Source: Candidatus Poribacteria bacterium
Lineage (GTDB): Bacteria; Poribacteria; WGA-4E; PCPOR2b
Reading direction: 5' to 3'
Length of the DNA stretch: 64,000 nt
Assembly (NCBI GenBank): GCA_965208325.1
Contig: OZ242326.1
Location: 928,001 to 992,000 of the forward strand
Position 1 is the stretch's first letter, and every line of letters begins with the position of its first letter. The notes beneath the pieces were generated by a model. That model had not been told where the DNA came from. It saw nothing but the letters and a program-made list of their open reading frames with translations, and searched no databases. The position numbers and the translations under genes were made by a program. This document shows, one piece after another, positions 30,108-41,584 of this stretch.

Positions 30108-32102
30108 CTAATTTTTCAACACGTCTTTTCCCGCTTCCAGCGTTTCGATAATAGCCTCTACGTCATAGACGCATCCTCCCCACGTTCCTCCGCCGATGCT
30201 TTGAAGCGCCGCCCAAAGGCGGGTATCTGCCGGCAGCATGTCGTCCGGGGCGAGGTCTGGACGAGGTAATCTCTCCAATAATACGCGCTCTCCTTTTTCT
30301 TGTCCAAAGACGCCGCCGCCGTGACCAACCAAATTTACACTTCCTTCCAGTCGATTCCGATCGACGACAATCTGAATAAGATCGCCGTCGATTACCTTGC
30401 CGATTGGCCCGCCAGCCAACGCTTCAGGGCCAATGTGCCCAATACACGCGCCGGTTGACACGCCGGAAAATCGGGCATCGGTAATCAGGGCGATATGTTT
30501 ACCGAAGGACAGGTGCTTAAGTGCGGCAGTTACCTGATACACCTCCTCCATGCCAGTGCCCATTGGGCCTCGGCAGCAAAGCACCATTACCTCGCCCGGC
30601 TTGATTTGGTGTTTATCTCCACGCTTTATGGCGTGAATTGCATCTCGTTCTCGAACAAAGACTCGCGCCCGGCCAGTTATGCGGTAGACGCCGTCGGAGT
30701 CAACTACGCTCGAATCAATTGCGGTACTCTTGATGACTGAACCTTCAGGCGCAAGGTTTCCGCGCGGAAATGCCAGCGTACTCGTCAGTCCACGCTCCTG
30801 CGCGGTTTCCGGACTCATGATTACGTCGTCTGGCGAGACACCGTCACTTTCCATCAGGACTTCCTTCAGGCGTTGACGCCGCTCCGACTTCTCCCACCAA
30901 TCAAGGTTCCGCCCAAAGGTTTCACCCGTTGCGGTGACAACATCTTCCTTCAGCATGCCCAATCCTCTTAGACGAAGCATGACTTCAGGAACACCGCCGG
31001 CGAGAAAGACACGAATTGTTGGATGCCCTTTAGGTCCATTTGGCAGTACGTCCACGAGCCGGGGTGTATTACGGTTGATACTCGTCCAATCTTCGATGGT
31101 AGGGCGTTTCAAACCGGCCGCGTGCGCAATCGCGGGGATGTGCAGGAGCAAGTTGGTAGAACCGCCGAAAGCGGCATGAACGACCATCGCGTTTTGAATT
31201 GATTCGCCGGTGAGGATGGATTGCATTGTGATGCCATTCGTTTCGAGGTTGACAAGGGCGCGCGCTGATCGTTTTGCCATATCCAGCCAAATCGCTTGCC
31301 CGGAAGGCGCGAGGGCTGAGTGAGTAAGGGCCATTCCCAAAGCCTCTCCGACGACCTGGGAGGTCGCAGCCGTACCTAGGAATTGACAACCGCCGCCCGG
31401 GGTCGCACACGCTCTGCAACCGAGGTCAGCGGCTTCTTGTAATGAAATTTCTCCGTGTGCGTAACGGGCACCAATCGTTTGAATTTTGCCCGCGTCCTCG
31501 CCATCATCAGGCGGCAGCGTTACGCCGCCGGGCACTAAAATACATGCCAAATTGGACATCGCTGCGAGCGCAATCATTGTCGCAGGCAAACCCTTATCGC
31601 AGGTTGCCACGCCCATCACTCCATCGCGTGTCGGCAGCGATCTGATGAGTCGGCGGAAGACCTGTGCCGCGTCGTTGCGGTATGCTAGGCTATCCATCAT
31701 TCCGACTGTGCCCTGTGTTCGCCCGTCGCACGGATCTGAGCAATAACCGGCAAATGGAATTCCGCCGAGAGATTTAAGTTCATTTGCCGCAGCTTGCATG
31801 AGCAGTCCTACTTCCCAATGCCCCGTATGATATCCTAGCGCAATCGGCGTCCCATCTGGTGCACGAATTCCGCCCTGTGTACTCAAAATAAGAAACTGTT
31901 TCCGGTTTAAGTTAGCGGGCGACCAGCCCATACCTACGTTCTGGCTTAGCGCAAAAACATCTCCACTTCCCCAATTGAGCAGCATGTCCTCCGTTAGCGG
32001 TAAACTGCCTTGGGGGCCGGGTGAACTCGTCTGTAATTCGTAGATAGCAGCGTCGTTAGAGGCAACTATCTTGTCAAATTCAATGTTTCCATCCGAAACC
32101 AT
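30108..32102 (-). CDS. YjhG/YagF-family D-xylonate dehydratase (IlvD/Edd family)
   Basis: [45 protein letters not shown]. Confidence 0.9.
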   Translation of the reverse strand: MVSDGNIEFDKIVASNDAAIYELQTSSPGPQGSLPLTEDMLLNWGSGDVFALSQNVGMGWSPANLNRKQFLILSTQGGIRAPDGTPIALGYHTGHWEVGLLMQAAANELKSLGGIPFAGYCSDPCDGRTQGTVGMMDSLAYRNDAAQVFRRLIRSLPTRDGVMGVATCDKGLPATMIALAAMSNLACILVPGGVTLPPDDGEDAGKIQTIGARYAHGEISLQEAADLGCRACATPGGGCQFLGTAATSQVVGEALGMALTHSALAPSGQAIWLDMAKRSARALVNLETNGITMQSILTGESIQNAMVVHAAFGGSTNLLLHIPAIAHAAGLKRPTIEDWTSINRNTPRLVDVLPNGPKGHPTIRVFLAGGVPEVMLRLRGLGMLKEDVVTATGETFGRNLDWWEKSERRQRLKEVLMESDGVSPDDVIMSPETAQERGLTSTLAFPRGNLAPEGSVIKSTAIDSSVVDSDGVYRITGRARVFVRERDAIHAIKRGDKHQIKPGEVMVLCCRGPMGTGMEEVYQVTAALKHLSFGKHIALITDARFSGVSTGACIGHIGPEALAGGPIGKVIDGDLIQIVVDRNRLEGSVNLVGHGGGVFGQEKGERVLLERLPRPDLAPDDMLPADTRLWAALQSIGGGTWGGCVYDVEAIIETLEAGKDVLKN

Positions 32103-32310
32103 GCCATTTCTCCCCTTTTCCTGTTTTTATCTTCAGTTTCATGACGCATTGCATAGGGCAAGATTTCCCCTACATTCTTCACACGCCTTAATGTTAGCAA
32201 TTTAAAGTTTGCCGAGGTCAGATCAATTATTGCCGGACCATCAAAGTCTTTGATTCGGGGTTAAGACTATCAGAAGTTTCGCCGCCATGTCAATTCAATA
32301 GTCCTTTTGC

Positions 32311-32339
32311 TTGACAATGTTGGATGGTAGTGATAATAT
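32311..32339 (+). promoter_or_regulatory. sigma70-type promoter of the second thrC leader
   Basis: TTGACA-N17-TAATAT. Confidence 0.55.
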
Positions 32340-32572
32340 TAAAAAGTTTAGGATCACGGCGGAAATTGAGTGAGGGATTGACCGTGGGCACGAAACGTAT
32401 TTACTTGACGTGATTAAAACAAAAAATAATTGATCTTAACAAATTATATAGCGCACCACCCAATCTATCGTCGAGTATTGCTGCCGTATTGTTCCTTCCA
32501 ATGCGTTGGAGTGAAAATAGGCAAATTCTGAATTGAAATGACAGTGCTTTTTGATCGTATGTTCCTTTAAAT

Positions 32573-32608
32573 GCCTATTGTCGCATAAGTGATGGTAGGC
32601 TTTTTTTT
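32573..32608 (+). terminator. intrinsic terminator within the thrC leader (attenuator-like)
   Basis: GCCTATTGTCGC-ATAA-GTGATGGTAGGC hairpin plus T8, ending 24 nt before the ATG. Confidence 0.75.
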
Positions 32609-32632
32609 CACGAACACCAAGAGGAGAGAAAA

Positions 32633-33868
32633 ATGGAAGAAAAGGTATTGGGATTGAAGTGCCGCGAATGCGATAGGAAATACCCTAAAGAGCCCATTCA
32701 CGTTTGCGAATTTTGTTTTGGGCCGCTGGAAGTGGATTACAACTATGAAACAATCCAGAAATCCATTTCACGGAAATCCATTGAACGAGGTCCTGCCAAC
32801 CTCTGGCGATATATCGATTTGTTGCCTATCGACGGCGAACCTACCGATGGGTTGAATACCGGATTCACACCGCTGATTCGCGCGAAAAATTTGGAAGCAG
32901 CCCTCGGTGTCAGAGAATTGTACGTGAAAGATGACTCCGTGTGCCATCCGACGTTGTCGTTCAAGGACCGGGTGGTTTCTGTGACTCTGAGCAAAGCGAA
33001 AGAGTTCGGGTTTGATACCGTGGCATGCGCCTCGACCGGAAATCTCGCAAACTCTGTCGCAGCGAACGCCGCAGTCGCCAATTTTGACTGTTTCATTTTT
33101 ATCCCGGCCGACCTCGAAATGGCGAAAATCGTTGCATCGCTGGTTTACGTACCGACGGTGGTCGGCATTATGGGAACGTATGACGATGTCAACCGGCTGT
33201 GCAGCGAGATTGCGGGTGTATATCCGTGGGCATTTGCGAACATCAACACCCGCCCATTCTACTCTGAAGGGTCGAAAACTTTCTGTTATGAAATCATTGA
33301 GCAACTCGGTTGGGAAACACCGGATCACATAATTGTACCGGCGGCAGGCGGATCACTTGTCACCAAAGTGGGAAAAGCGCTTAAGGAATTCCACATATTG
33401 GGATTGATTGATGAGCCAAAAACAAAGATTCATGTTGCTCAAGCTGAAGGCTGCGGGCCAATTGTCACAACGCTGAAGGAAAATAGTGATTTCGTCAAAC
33501 CGGTCCGCCAGCCAAATAGCATTGCAAAATCACTCGCAATTGGAAATCCCGCGGACGGCATATATGCGGCTGCTACGGTACGCAATTCAGGCGGGCGAGG
33601 AGAACATACAACTGATGAGGAGATTGTCGACGCAATTAAACTCCTTGCAGCGACCGAAGGCATCTTTACGGAGACGGCGGGCGGCGTCACGCTCGCAGCA
33701 ACACAGAAACTAATTGAGACTGGGCATATAGGGCGGGACGAGTCCATCGTTGTCGGTATTACCGGAAATGGGCTGAAAACTATCGAAGCACTCGACGGTA
33801 AAGTTTCGGAACCGCATGTCATCCAACCTCAACTCAATGCGTTTCGGAAATTGATGAAAACACTATAA
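32633..33868 (+). CDS. thrC: threonine synthase-like PLP enzyme, second copy with N-terminal CxxC...CxxC
   Basis: CRECD...CEFC, PTLSFKDR, ASTGNLA, SLAIGNP, TGNGLKT. Confidence 0.85.
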   Translation: MEEKVLGLKCRECDRKYPKEPIHVCEFCFGPLEVDYNYETIQKSISRKSIERGPANLWRYIDLLPIDGEPTDGLNTGFTPLIRAKNLEAALGVRELYVKDDSVCHPTLSFKDRVVSVTLSKAKEFGFDTVACASTGNLANSVAANAAVANFDCFIFIPADLEMAKIVASLVYVPTVVGIMGTYDDVNRLCSEIAGVYPWAFANINTRPFYSEGSKTFCYEIIEQLGWETPDHIIVPAAGGSLVTKVGKALKEFHILGLIDEPKTKIHVAQAEGCGPIVTTLKENSDFVKPVRQPNSIAKSLAIGNPADGIYAAATVRNSGGRGEHTTDEEIVDAIKLLAATEGIFTETAGGVTLAATQKLIETGHIGRDESIVVGITGNGLKTIEALDGKVSEPHVIQPQLNAFRKLMKTL

Positions 33869-33887
33869 TCCTCAGCCAAACATAGAC

Positions 33888-36146
33888 ATGGAAACGCTTA
33901 ACGGCATTCTAGAACGAATCGTCTTTGAAAATACTGAAACGGGATACGCGATTGCAAGACTTTCCTCGCGCGAATATCCCGGTGAACTAATTACTGTCGT
34001 TGGGCATGTTGCGTCAATCAACGCCGGTGAAAGCCTTCTTCTAAAGGGGTGGTGGGGCAACAATCCGAAATACGGCAGACAGTTTCAGATTGACTCGTAT
34101 GAAACCGTACTGCCTGCGACAATTGTGGGATTGAGAAAGTATCTAGGTTCTGGGTTAATCAAAGGAATTGGGCCCGTGATGGCGGCACGGATTGTGACCC
34201 ATTTTGGCATGGACGCCATGGATGTCATTGAGAAATCGCCCGAGAAGTTAAAGTCGGTTCCCGGTATCGGCAAAAGACGCGTTGATATGATTGCGCGCGC
34301 ATGGGATGCGCAGCGAGAAATTAAGAACGTGATGCTGTTTTTGCAGTCTCATAACGTGAGTACCGCCCATGCTGCCAAAATTTACAAGACTTACGAGAAT
34401 GATTCCATTCCCATTGTCCGTGAAAATCCTTACCGGCTTGCCGATGACATCTACGGTATCGGATTCAAAACTGCGGATACAATCGCCCAAAAGCTCGGCG
34501 TAGACTCGGAATCTGCCAATCGGGTCAAGGCTGGAATCAAATATGTGCTGAGCGAAAAAGCCGATGATGGCCACGTGTTCTTGTATAACGACGAATTAAT
34601 CGCAGCGTGCCAAGACATGCTCAATCTATCAACCGATGCCATTGAGGGTGCAATCACAGAACTTACCGAGAATAAGGAACTCATTTCGGAATATATAACG
34701 TCGTTCGATTCTAATGAAAACCGGAAAATTATCTATCTTGCGCCATTTTATTATGCGGAAATCGGCGTCGCCAATCGATTGATCAAGCTACTCAACAAGG
34801 ATGCGCCCCTGCCGGATCTTGGCTTTGTTGATTCTTCCCTAAATCAGATTGAAAATAGTATGGGCATGCGATTTGATGAAAATCAGCGGGTTGCCATCAA
34901 AACAGCGCTAACGAGTCGAGTTACTATTTTGACGGGGGGACCAGGCACGGGAAAAACGACGACGACTATAGGGATGCTTCGTCTGTTTGAAGCTCTTGGG
35001 ATGGAAGTTATGCTAACCGCCCCCACTGGACGTGCAGCGAAACGCCTGAGTGAAACAACTGGACGTGATGCAAAAACCATCCATCGCCTGCTGGAGTTCT
35101 CACCGCAAGGAAATGGATTCAAACGCGATTGGAACAATCCTCTAGAGACGGATGTTGTGATTATTGATGAGATGTCAATGGTCGATTTAGTGTTGATGAA
35201 TAGTCTCATGAGAGCAGTACCTGCGGACACAATTTTGATTATGATTGGAGATGTGGATCAATTGCCATCAGTCGGCGCGGGCAATGTGTTGAAAGATTTG
35301 ATTGCCTCCGGACGGATTTCTACCGTGAGGTTGACCAAGATTTTCCGCCAGGCGCAACAGAGCATGATTGTCACGAATGCGCATCGTGTGAATCGAGGTG
35401 AATTCCCGAAAATTGCGGGACCGCCGGACCGAGATTTTTTCTTCATTGAGGAAGAAGATCCAGAGACCGCAGTTGAAGTCATCTGCGACCTTGTACACCG
35501 GCGATTGCCCGAACACTACGACTATCACCCAATGGACGACATTCAGGTGTTGTGCCCAATGCGCCGCGGCGTAATTGGATCAGAGAACTTCAATAAACGG
35601 TTGCAAGAGAAGCTCAACGGAAATCCTGACGGGGTCATTCGAGGCGGCCGATCTTTTCGGAGCGGGGACAAGGTGATGCAGGTTCGCAATAATTACGATT
35701 ACGGGGTTTTCAATGGGGACATTGGAAGAATTACGCACGTAGATAACGTTGAGCGGCTGGTAACTATCACATATCCCGATAAGGCCGTCTCCTATGACAT
35801 GGCAGATCTGAACGAATTAGTGCTTGCATATGGCATCACCGTCCACAAATCTCAAGGCAGCGAGTATCCGGTTGTTATCATCCCGCTTATGACACAGCAT
35901 TACATGATGCTGCAGCGAAACCTGCTTTACACCGCAATCACCCGGGCTAAAGAACACGTTTTGGTTGTCGGGACGAAGAGAGCACTCGGGATAGCGATAC
36001 GAAATAACAGAGTTTCCGAACGAAATTCGTATCTCTCAGAACGACTTCAAGCAACGCTCCGACAGAAATCGGAAATCCCCGAGAGTTACCTAGAAATCAA
36101 CGGCGGATTCCCTCCGAATATCCATGTGCCAGACCATTCCCTGTAA
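33888..36146 (+). CDS. recD2: ATP-dependent RecD2-like DNA helicase
   Basis: HhH region, ENPYRL, TGGPGTGKT, IDEMSM, GDVDQLPSVG, TVHKSQGSE, YTAITRA. Confidence 0.95.
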   Translation: METLNGILERIVFENTETGYAIARLSSREYPGELITVVGHVASINAGESLLLKGWWGNNPKYGRQFQIDSYETVLPATIVGLRKYLGSGLIKGIGPVMAARIVTHFGMDAMDVIEKSPEKLKSVPGIGKRRVDMIARAWDAQREIKNVMLFLQSHNVSTAHAAKIYKTYENDSIPIVRENPYRLADDIYGIGFKTADTIAQKLGVDSESANRVKAGIKYVLSEKADDGHVFLYNDELIAACQDMLNLSTDAIEGAITELTENKELISEYITSFDSNENRKIIYLAPFYYAEIGVANRLIKLLNKDAPLPDLGFVDSSLNQIENSMGMRFDENQRVAIKTALTSRVTILTGGPGTGKTTTTIGMLRLFEALGMEVMLTAPTGRAAKRLSETTGRDAKTIHRLLEFSPQGNGFKRDWNNPLETDVVIIDEMSMVDLVLMNSLMRAVPADTILIMIGDVDQLPSVGAGNVLKDLIASGRISTVRLTKIFRQAQQSMIVTNAHRVNRGEFPKIAGPPDRDFFFIEEEDPETAVEVICDLVHRRLPEHYDYHPMDDIQVLCPMRRGVIGSENFNKRLQEKLNGNPDGVIRGGRSFRSGDKVMQVRNNYDYGVFNGDIGRITHVDNVERLVTITYPDKAVSYDMADLNELVLAYGITVHKSQGSEYPVVIIPLMTQHYMMLQRNLLYTAITRAKEHVLVVGTKRALGIAIRNNRVSERNSYLSERLQATLRQKSEIPESYLEINGGFPPNIHVPDHSL

Positions 36147-36292
36147 TTTTTTAGGACTTCCCCATTGCCACCAATTTTTCAGGTTATCGTTGCCATGAAG
36201 CCCGAATTTGGCATATAACGCCTTTGTTGAGAGCCAAGTTTCTCGGAGGGTTTGCCGCACTTGAGATTCAAAATTAAAACTTGGAGATTTTC

Positions 36293-37681
36293 ATGAGCAA
36301 TAACAACCCATATTTACAAATTGACCGCCAAATGGTCGGTGACATCTATACATCGCGCGAAGTGATGGACAATCTCACGGTACTGTGCGACGATTTCGGC
36401 TCGCGTTTCGCAGGGACACCAGAGGAACGGAAGGCTGCCGAGTTCATTGCGGAGACATTTGGACGCTATGGACTTAACGATGTGCGGTTAGAATCCTACC
36501 CTTATGCGGGCTGGTCTCGCGGGGGAGGTACACTTGAAGTTGTCGAGCCGATTCAGAAGCCGCTGCATTACATCTCATTACCGTACTGCCCTGCAAGCGA
36601 CGTAACGGGAAAACTGGTGTCAGTCGGTTACGGTAGTCCGGAAGAGTATGACCGATTAGGCGAGAACATGACAGGCAATATCGTTTTGGCGGGTAGTGCG
36701 TCGAAACCCGGTTTGGGCAGATGGGTGCATCGAAAGGAAAAATATGAGCGCGCCGTACTCGGGGGCGCAAGTGCCTTCATCTTCGTCAGCGAGCACCCGG
36801 GGGTCGGCCCGGAAACAGGCAGCTTGCAAGACGACTGTGCTGCGCCAATCCCGGGTGTTTCAGTTTGTAAGGAAGACGGCGAATTTCTCCAGCGGCTGAT
36901 GGCTCGAAACAGCGGTGTACAACTGCGAATCTCCACAACCGACATCAACGAGACGCGAACATCTTGGAACATCATTGCAGACCTGCCCGGAACGGAAATC
37001 CCGGACGAGATGGTAGTTCTTGGTTGCCACTACGACGGGCACGACATCTCACAGGGCGCTGTGGATCCGGCATCTGGCATGGTGCTTGTAATGGAAGCTG
37101 CGCGCGTGCTGGCACAGTATGCCGCAAGTCGGATTAAGCGAACGGTGCGGTTTATCGCCTTCGGTACGGAAGAAATTGGACTCACTGGCTCCTTCCGATA
37201 CGTGGACGCTCATGTTAGCGAACTAGACAACTTACGGTTTGTTTTCAACCTTGATGCGGCTGGCGGCTCAAGCCGGAAAGGGGTTGTGCTGCATCGGTGG
37301 CTGGAGTTGGAACCGTTCTTTCACCGCGCCGCAAAAGAGATGGCGGCTGAAATGCCTGTTGGCCAAAATGTGCATCCATACTCCGACCACTTTCCCTTTT
37401 TCCTAAAAGGTGTGCCGACCGCTCATATGGGCGATCCGGAATCCGCACCGTCAGGCAGAGGATTCGGACACACTGCGTACGACACCCTTGACAAGGTCGA
37501 ACTTGTAAACCTTCGCACGGGGAGTTCAATTGCTGCCCGATTGGCGTTACGGATAGCTGACACCCAGGAATTTCCTGCTCAACGCCGCAGTATCAATGCA
37601 GTGGAGGAGTTGCTCGACACCGATACCGGTATGGAAGGCTACCGTGTCGCGGCGGCGTTAAAGAAGCACTTGCAGCCATAA
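36293..37681 (+). CDS. M28 family metallopeptidase with PA domain
   Basis: GSRFAGT, GCHYDGHD, GAVD, GTEEIGL, NLD, SDHFPF, HTAYDTLDK. Confidence 0.88.
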   Translation: MSNNNPYLQIDRQMVGDIYTSREVMDNLTVLCDDFGSRFAGTPEERKAAEFIAETFGRYGLNDVRLESYPYAGWSRGGGTLEVVEPIQKPLHYISLPYCPASDVTGKLVSVGYGSPEEYDRLGENMTGNIVLAGSASKPGLGRWVHRKEKYERAVLGGASAFIFVSEHPGVGPETGSLQDDCAAPIPGVSVCKEDGEFLQRLMARNSGVQLRISTTDINETRTSWNIIADLPGTEIPDEMVVLGCHYDGHDISQGAVDPASGMVLVMEAARVLAQYAASRIKRTVRFIAFGTEEIGLTGSFRYVDAHVSELDNLRFVFNLDAAGGSSRKGVVLHRWLELEPFFHRAAKEMAAEMPVGQNVHPYSDHFPFFLKGVPTAHMGDPESAPSGRGFGHTAYDTLDKVELVNLRTGSSIAARLALRIADTQEFPAQRRSINAVEELLDTDTGMEGYRVAAALKKHLQP

Positions 37682-37748
37682 TTGATTAAAACTCGAAAAT
37701 TCTACTCCAAAGGGACATGCAACTGTTAATCAGAAAGACCACAAAATT

Positions 37749-38762
37749 ATGACGAAAACAGAATCCGTCCAAACAGCGTTCATCGGGTGCGGCGATATGG
37801 GGCGCCACCACATTCGAGCCATGTTGCGGCAGCTGGACACAACCCGCATCACCGTGGTCTGTGAACCATCACAGGCGGCTTACGAATTGACGAAAGACCT
37901 ATTCAAACGCGCGAATCTGGCGCCGCCGCCAAATCAACCGGACCTTGATCGGCTTCTAGCGGACTATGGTAATCGCCTTGATGCGGCCTTTATTGTTACG
38001 CCGCACGCGTATCACCACAATCAGGCAGAGGCTTGCATGGAGTCCGGGCTTGATGTGTTGGTCGAGAAACCGATGGTAGTATCCGCCGCGGAAGCGAAGA
38101 GCCTAATTGACACCCGAGATCGTACAGGGAAGCTGCTAGTCGTGGCTTTTCCTGGCAGCCTTTCACCGCAAATCCGCACCGCTGTCACGATGCTTCGATC
38201 GGGACAGCTAGGTCAAATATTGACCATCAGCGCGATTGCTTGGCAAAATTGGCGTACCGCTTTTGCCAAAACATGGAGGCAACAGCCTGACGTTTCAGGC
38301 GGCGGCTTTCTTTTCGACACGGGAGCGCACATGTTGAATACCGTCGTTGATTTGGCCGGTGAGGATTTCGTGGAAGTTGCTGCTTGGTTTGACAACCGTG
38401 ATTTAGCCGTAGACGTACTGGGAACGGTGATGGGGAGGTTAGCGTCCGGTGTACTAGTCACGCTGCACGGCTGCGGAGAGACCATTCCCTCATGTGCATC
38501 CGATGTGCGTGTTTTTTGCCCAAACGGTATTCTGCGCACCGGCATCTGGGGCGAGCGTTTAGAGGTTCAATATCCCAGTCAGGAACAACCCAGTGCGGTG
38601 GAAGTGCCCCCTTCTCAAGGGCCATGGGAGCAATTTTTGGCTGTCCGTAATGGTCAGATGCCTAATCCCTGCCCGCCCGAGGTAGGTTTGCGCATGGCCC
38701 ACCTTTGGGATGCCATTAGGGCGTCCGCATCGCAAAATGGGATGTTCGTACGTTGCGGCTGA
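37749..38762 (+). CDS. Gfo/Idh/MocA oxidoreductase
   Basis: [26 protein letters not shown]. Confidence 0.92.
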   Translation: MTKTESVQTAFIGCGDMGRHHIRAMLRQLDTTRITVVCEPSQAAYELTKDLFKRANLAPPPNQPDLDRLLADYGNRLDAAFIVTPHAYHHNQAEACMESGLDVLVEKPMVVSAAEAKSLIDTRDRTGKLLVVAFPGSLSPQIRTAVTMLRSGQLGQILTISAIAWQNWRTAFAKTWRQQPDVSGGGFLFDTGAHMLNTVVDLAGEDFVEVAAWFDNRDLAVDVLGTVMGRLASGVLVTLHGCGETIPSCASDVRVFCPNGILRTGIWGERLEVQYPSQEQPSAVEVPPSQGPWEQFLAVRNGQMPNPCPPEVGLRMAHLWDAIRASASQNGMFVRCG

Positions 38763-38913
38763 ACCGGAAGGCATTTGAACTAACACCTGAATAAAAGGAA
38801 GCTACAATCCTTACACGTTAGTAACTCACTGCTTTCGATGGATAAGTTGTATCAAACTCCCTGAATTCCCGCTTCGACTACTATCCAACGCTAAAAGATG
38901 AAGGGGTGATAGT

Positions 38914-39255
38914 ATGAAAGAGAAATTACCAGATTTCCTAGAAAGGGTGATTGCAGAATATCCCGATGTGTGGAAATCCTACCAAAATCTGGGCGAATCC
39001 TGCCACAACGCTGGGCCCCTTGATGAAAAAACAACGCGATTAGTCAAACTCGCTCTGGCAATTGGCGCGAAATCAGAAGGCGCCGTACATTCGCATACAC
39101 GCCGCGCGTTAAAGTCCGGAATAACTCGCGAGGAACTGCAACAGGTGGCTCTGCTTGCGATAACATCCGCCGGCTGGTCTCCGAGCATGGCTGCGCTTTC
39201 GTGGATTCAAGATGTCATAGACAGCAGCGAAGTGGAAATGGAAACTGTTCAGTAA
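38914..39255 (+). CDS. carboxymuconolactone decarboxylase / AhpD-like protein
   Basis: GPLDEKTTRLVKLALA, AVHSHTRRAL..G.TREEL. Confidence 0.85.
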   Translation: MKEKLPDFLERVIAEYPDVWKSYQNLGESCHNAGPLDEKTTRLVKLALAIGAKSEGAVHSHTRRALKSGITREELQQVALLAITSAGWSPSMAALSWIQDVIDSSEVEMETVQ

Positions 39256-39320
39256 ACCGGAACGGAATACCTTTTTGGTGAGCAGTGTGTAGCGAGTTTA
39301 ATGGGCAGGTGTGTATGTTG

Positions 39321-40835
39321 CTAAGATTCTAACTTTATCCTTAGCCCTTTTGATACAACGCCGCGTTCCGCCAATTCAAACAACCCTTGAACGAGAAGCG
39401 CTAATACAGCCGCGGGGACGGCGCCTTCAAGTATGAGTCCGATATCGTCTTTGCGGATTCCGGTTAGAATTGGTTGTCCGAATCCTCCCGCGCCAATTAA
39501 CGCGCCGAGGGTTGCGAAACCCACGTTTATGACAGCAGAAGTCTTGATGCCTGCGAGGATTGCCCGCGATGCCATCGGTAGTTCAACAAGCCAAAGACGG
39601 CTAAGCGGCGGCAGCCCGAGGGCTGATGCAGATTCTCGGACTGGGGAGGGGATGTCATGGAGCCCGGCATATGTGTTCCGAATAATTGGGAGCAGACTAT
39701 ACAAAAAGAGCGCAGCAATCGCCGGCGGGGCTTTAATGCCTAAGAGCGGAATCATAAAGACGAGCAGTGCAAGTGCCGGAATGGTCTGGATAATGCCGGC
39801 GATTCCTAAAATAGCTTGTCCAACCCGTCCATGACGTGCTGCTAATATGCCCAGAGGAATAGATATAAGAATTGCCGGCGTAAGTGAAATACATACAAGG
39901 AAGAGGTGGGCTAGTGTATTTTTGAGCAAGCGTTCAAGCATTGTTTCATCGTATACTTGAGTTTCAAGCGAAAGGAAGGCCGCCAGGAAGTCAGCTGCAA
40001 CACGATTTTCAGGAACTTTGTCTAATTTCGCACGGGCATTCATTTTGACCATTTGCGCTTCGGGGATAAAGTCCTCCAGCTTTAGCAGCGCAGACACGAC
40101 TTTCGGTGCCCTTACTTCCAAATCGTCCCGATACAGCAGCACCGCATAGTATTTGGGGAAAAGGTTTTCATCGTCCTCCAAAACCCTCAAGTTATAATAC
40201 TGAATTTCTGCGTCCGTCGAATATAGGTCTGTCGCGTGGATTGAGCCGCTCTCCAGTCCGCGGTATGCGAGATCGTGGTCGAGGCCCCGCACGTCCTGAT
40301 GAGGCAAGCTATAACGATGGCGTAGGGCGGGCCAACCGTCGGAACGGTCCATGAATTCACTTGTGAATCCAAACTGAAAGTCAGGATGACGCCGTAAATC
40401 TGAAATTTTAGTGACATTGTGCTCTGCTGCCACCCTCTCTTTCATACCAATTGCGTACGTGTTGTTAAAACCGAGGGGGCGGCTCATGCGGATCCCTTTC
40501 GCTTCAAGTGCATCTCGAATCTCTTCTTCACTGCTTAACCCCGTGCCTGAAAGAATTTCGTGGCTAATAGTCCCGGTATATTCAGGATAAACGTCAATGT
40601 CCCCCCGCAGCAACGCCTTCCACAACACCTGTGTCCCGCCCAATTCTTTTTCATGCACGGCTTTAGCCCCGGCACTCTGCGTCAACAACGCAAAGAGTTC
40701 ACCGAGAATAACCGATTCGGTGAATTTCTTTGAACCGACCTTTACCTCTGTCATCTGCCTGGTATTTTGGCATGCATTCAACATCAGTACAGTCCAAACA
40801 GCCGCAAGGAGTGGAATCAATTGCCGCAATCTCAT
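39321..40835 (-). CDS. fused substrate-binding/permease subunit of a quaternary-amine (Opu/OsmF/EgtU-like) ABC importer
   Basis: VGSKKFTE, YPEYTGT, GFNNTYA, EFMDRSDG, FPKY, then permease QTIPALALL and GAGGFG; start overlaps ATPase stop. Confidence 0.9.
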   Translation of the reverse strand: MRLRQLIPLLAAVWTVLMLNACQNTRQMTEVKVGSKKFTESVILGELFALLTQSAGAKAVHEKELGGTQVLWKALLRGDIDVYPEYTGTISHEILSGTGLSSEEEIRDALEAKGIRMSRPLGFNNTYAIGMKERVAAEHNVTKISDLRRHPDFQFGFTSEFMDRSDGWPALRHRYSLPHQDVRGLDHDLAYRGLESGSIHATDLYSTDAEIQYYNLRVLEDDENLFPKYYAVLLYRDDLEVRAPKVVSALLKLEDFIPEAQMVKMNARAKLDKVPENRVAADFLAAFLSLETQVYDETMLERLLKNTLAHLFLVCISLTPAILISIPLGILAARHGRVGQAILGIAGIIQTIPALALLVFMIPLLGIKAPPAIAALFLYSLLPIIRNTYAGLHDIPSPVRESASALGLPPLSRLWLVELPMASRAILAGIKTSAVINVGFATLGALIGAGGFGQPILTGIRKDDIGLILEGAVPAAVLALLVQGLFELAERGVVSKGLRIKLES

Positions 40836-41584
40836 CGGGGTGCTCCCTCAAAAATTTCCAGCGGGTGACGCTGCGCGTTGATAAAACGTACTACGAATTC
40901 GTTTTCGGGCGAGGAATACAGTTGCTCCAACGTTCCCCGTTGGACGATTCGCCCCTCACGCATGAGGATAATATCTCGACTGAAGAACCCGGCTTCACCT
41001 ATATCGTGCGTTACCATCACTACGGTTTTGCCAAGTGTTTGGAAAATTTCGGCGAGATCGGTCTGAAGCGATGCACGAACCATTGGATCTAGCGCACCAA
41101 GCGGCTCATCCAGCAACAAGACTTCAGGGTCTAACATTAACGCGCGCATTAAGCTTACACGTTGCTGCTGTCCACCGGAAAGTTCGACGGGGTATCGGCT
41201 CAAACCGTCTTCGGGAAAATGGGTCAGCGAGCAAAGTTTCTCTAATCGGTACTGAATTTCTTCCGCAGACTGATTTATATGCTTTGCCATGAGCGCAACA
41301 TTCTGTGCAGCGGTCAGGTGTGGAAACAGGCCGCCATCTTGGATGACGTAACCCATACGGCGGCGCAGTTCAAGAATGTTAGCGGGCGAAACTAGCTCAC
41401 CGTTAAGCTGGACGTATCCAGTTGTGGGTTCCAGCAAGCCGACAATCAACCTCAGAATCGTAGATTTTCCGCAGCCGCTCGGTCCGATGAGTACGGTTGT
41501 CTGCCCCTCTTTGATGTTGAGATCGGTCGGGTGGAGCGCAACCACAGCTCCAAAATGCTTACTGATGTTTTTCAACTGAATCAT
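40832..41584 (-). CDS. ABC importer ATP-binding subunit (OpuBA/OsmV-like)
   Basis: GPSGCGKS, YVIQDGGLFPHLT, LSGGQQQR, LLLDEP, VTHD. Confidence 0.92.
   Translation of the reverse strand: MIQLKNISKHFGAVVALHPTDLNIKEGQTTVLIGPSGCGKSTILRLIVGLLEPTTGYVQLNGELVSPANILELRRRMGYVIQDGGLFPHLTAAQNVALMAKHINQSAEEIQYRLEKLCSLTHFPEDGLSRYPVELSGGQQQRVSLMRALMLDPEVLLLDEPLGALDPMVRASLQTDLAEIFQTLGKTVVMVTHDIGEAGFFSRDIILMREGRIVQRGTLEQLYSSPENEFVVRFINAQRHPLEIFEGAPR

Noticed and set aside
32350..32400. SAM-I riboswitch (GAGGGATTGACC resembles GAGGGACTGGCC)
   Set aside because: The ATCAAGAG, GCAACC and GTGC core elements are missing.
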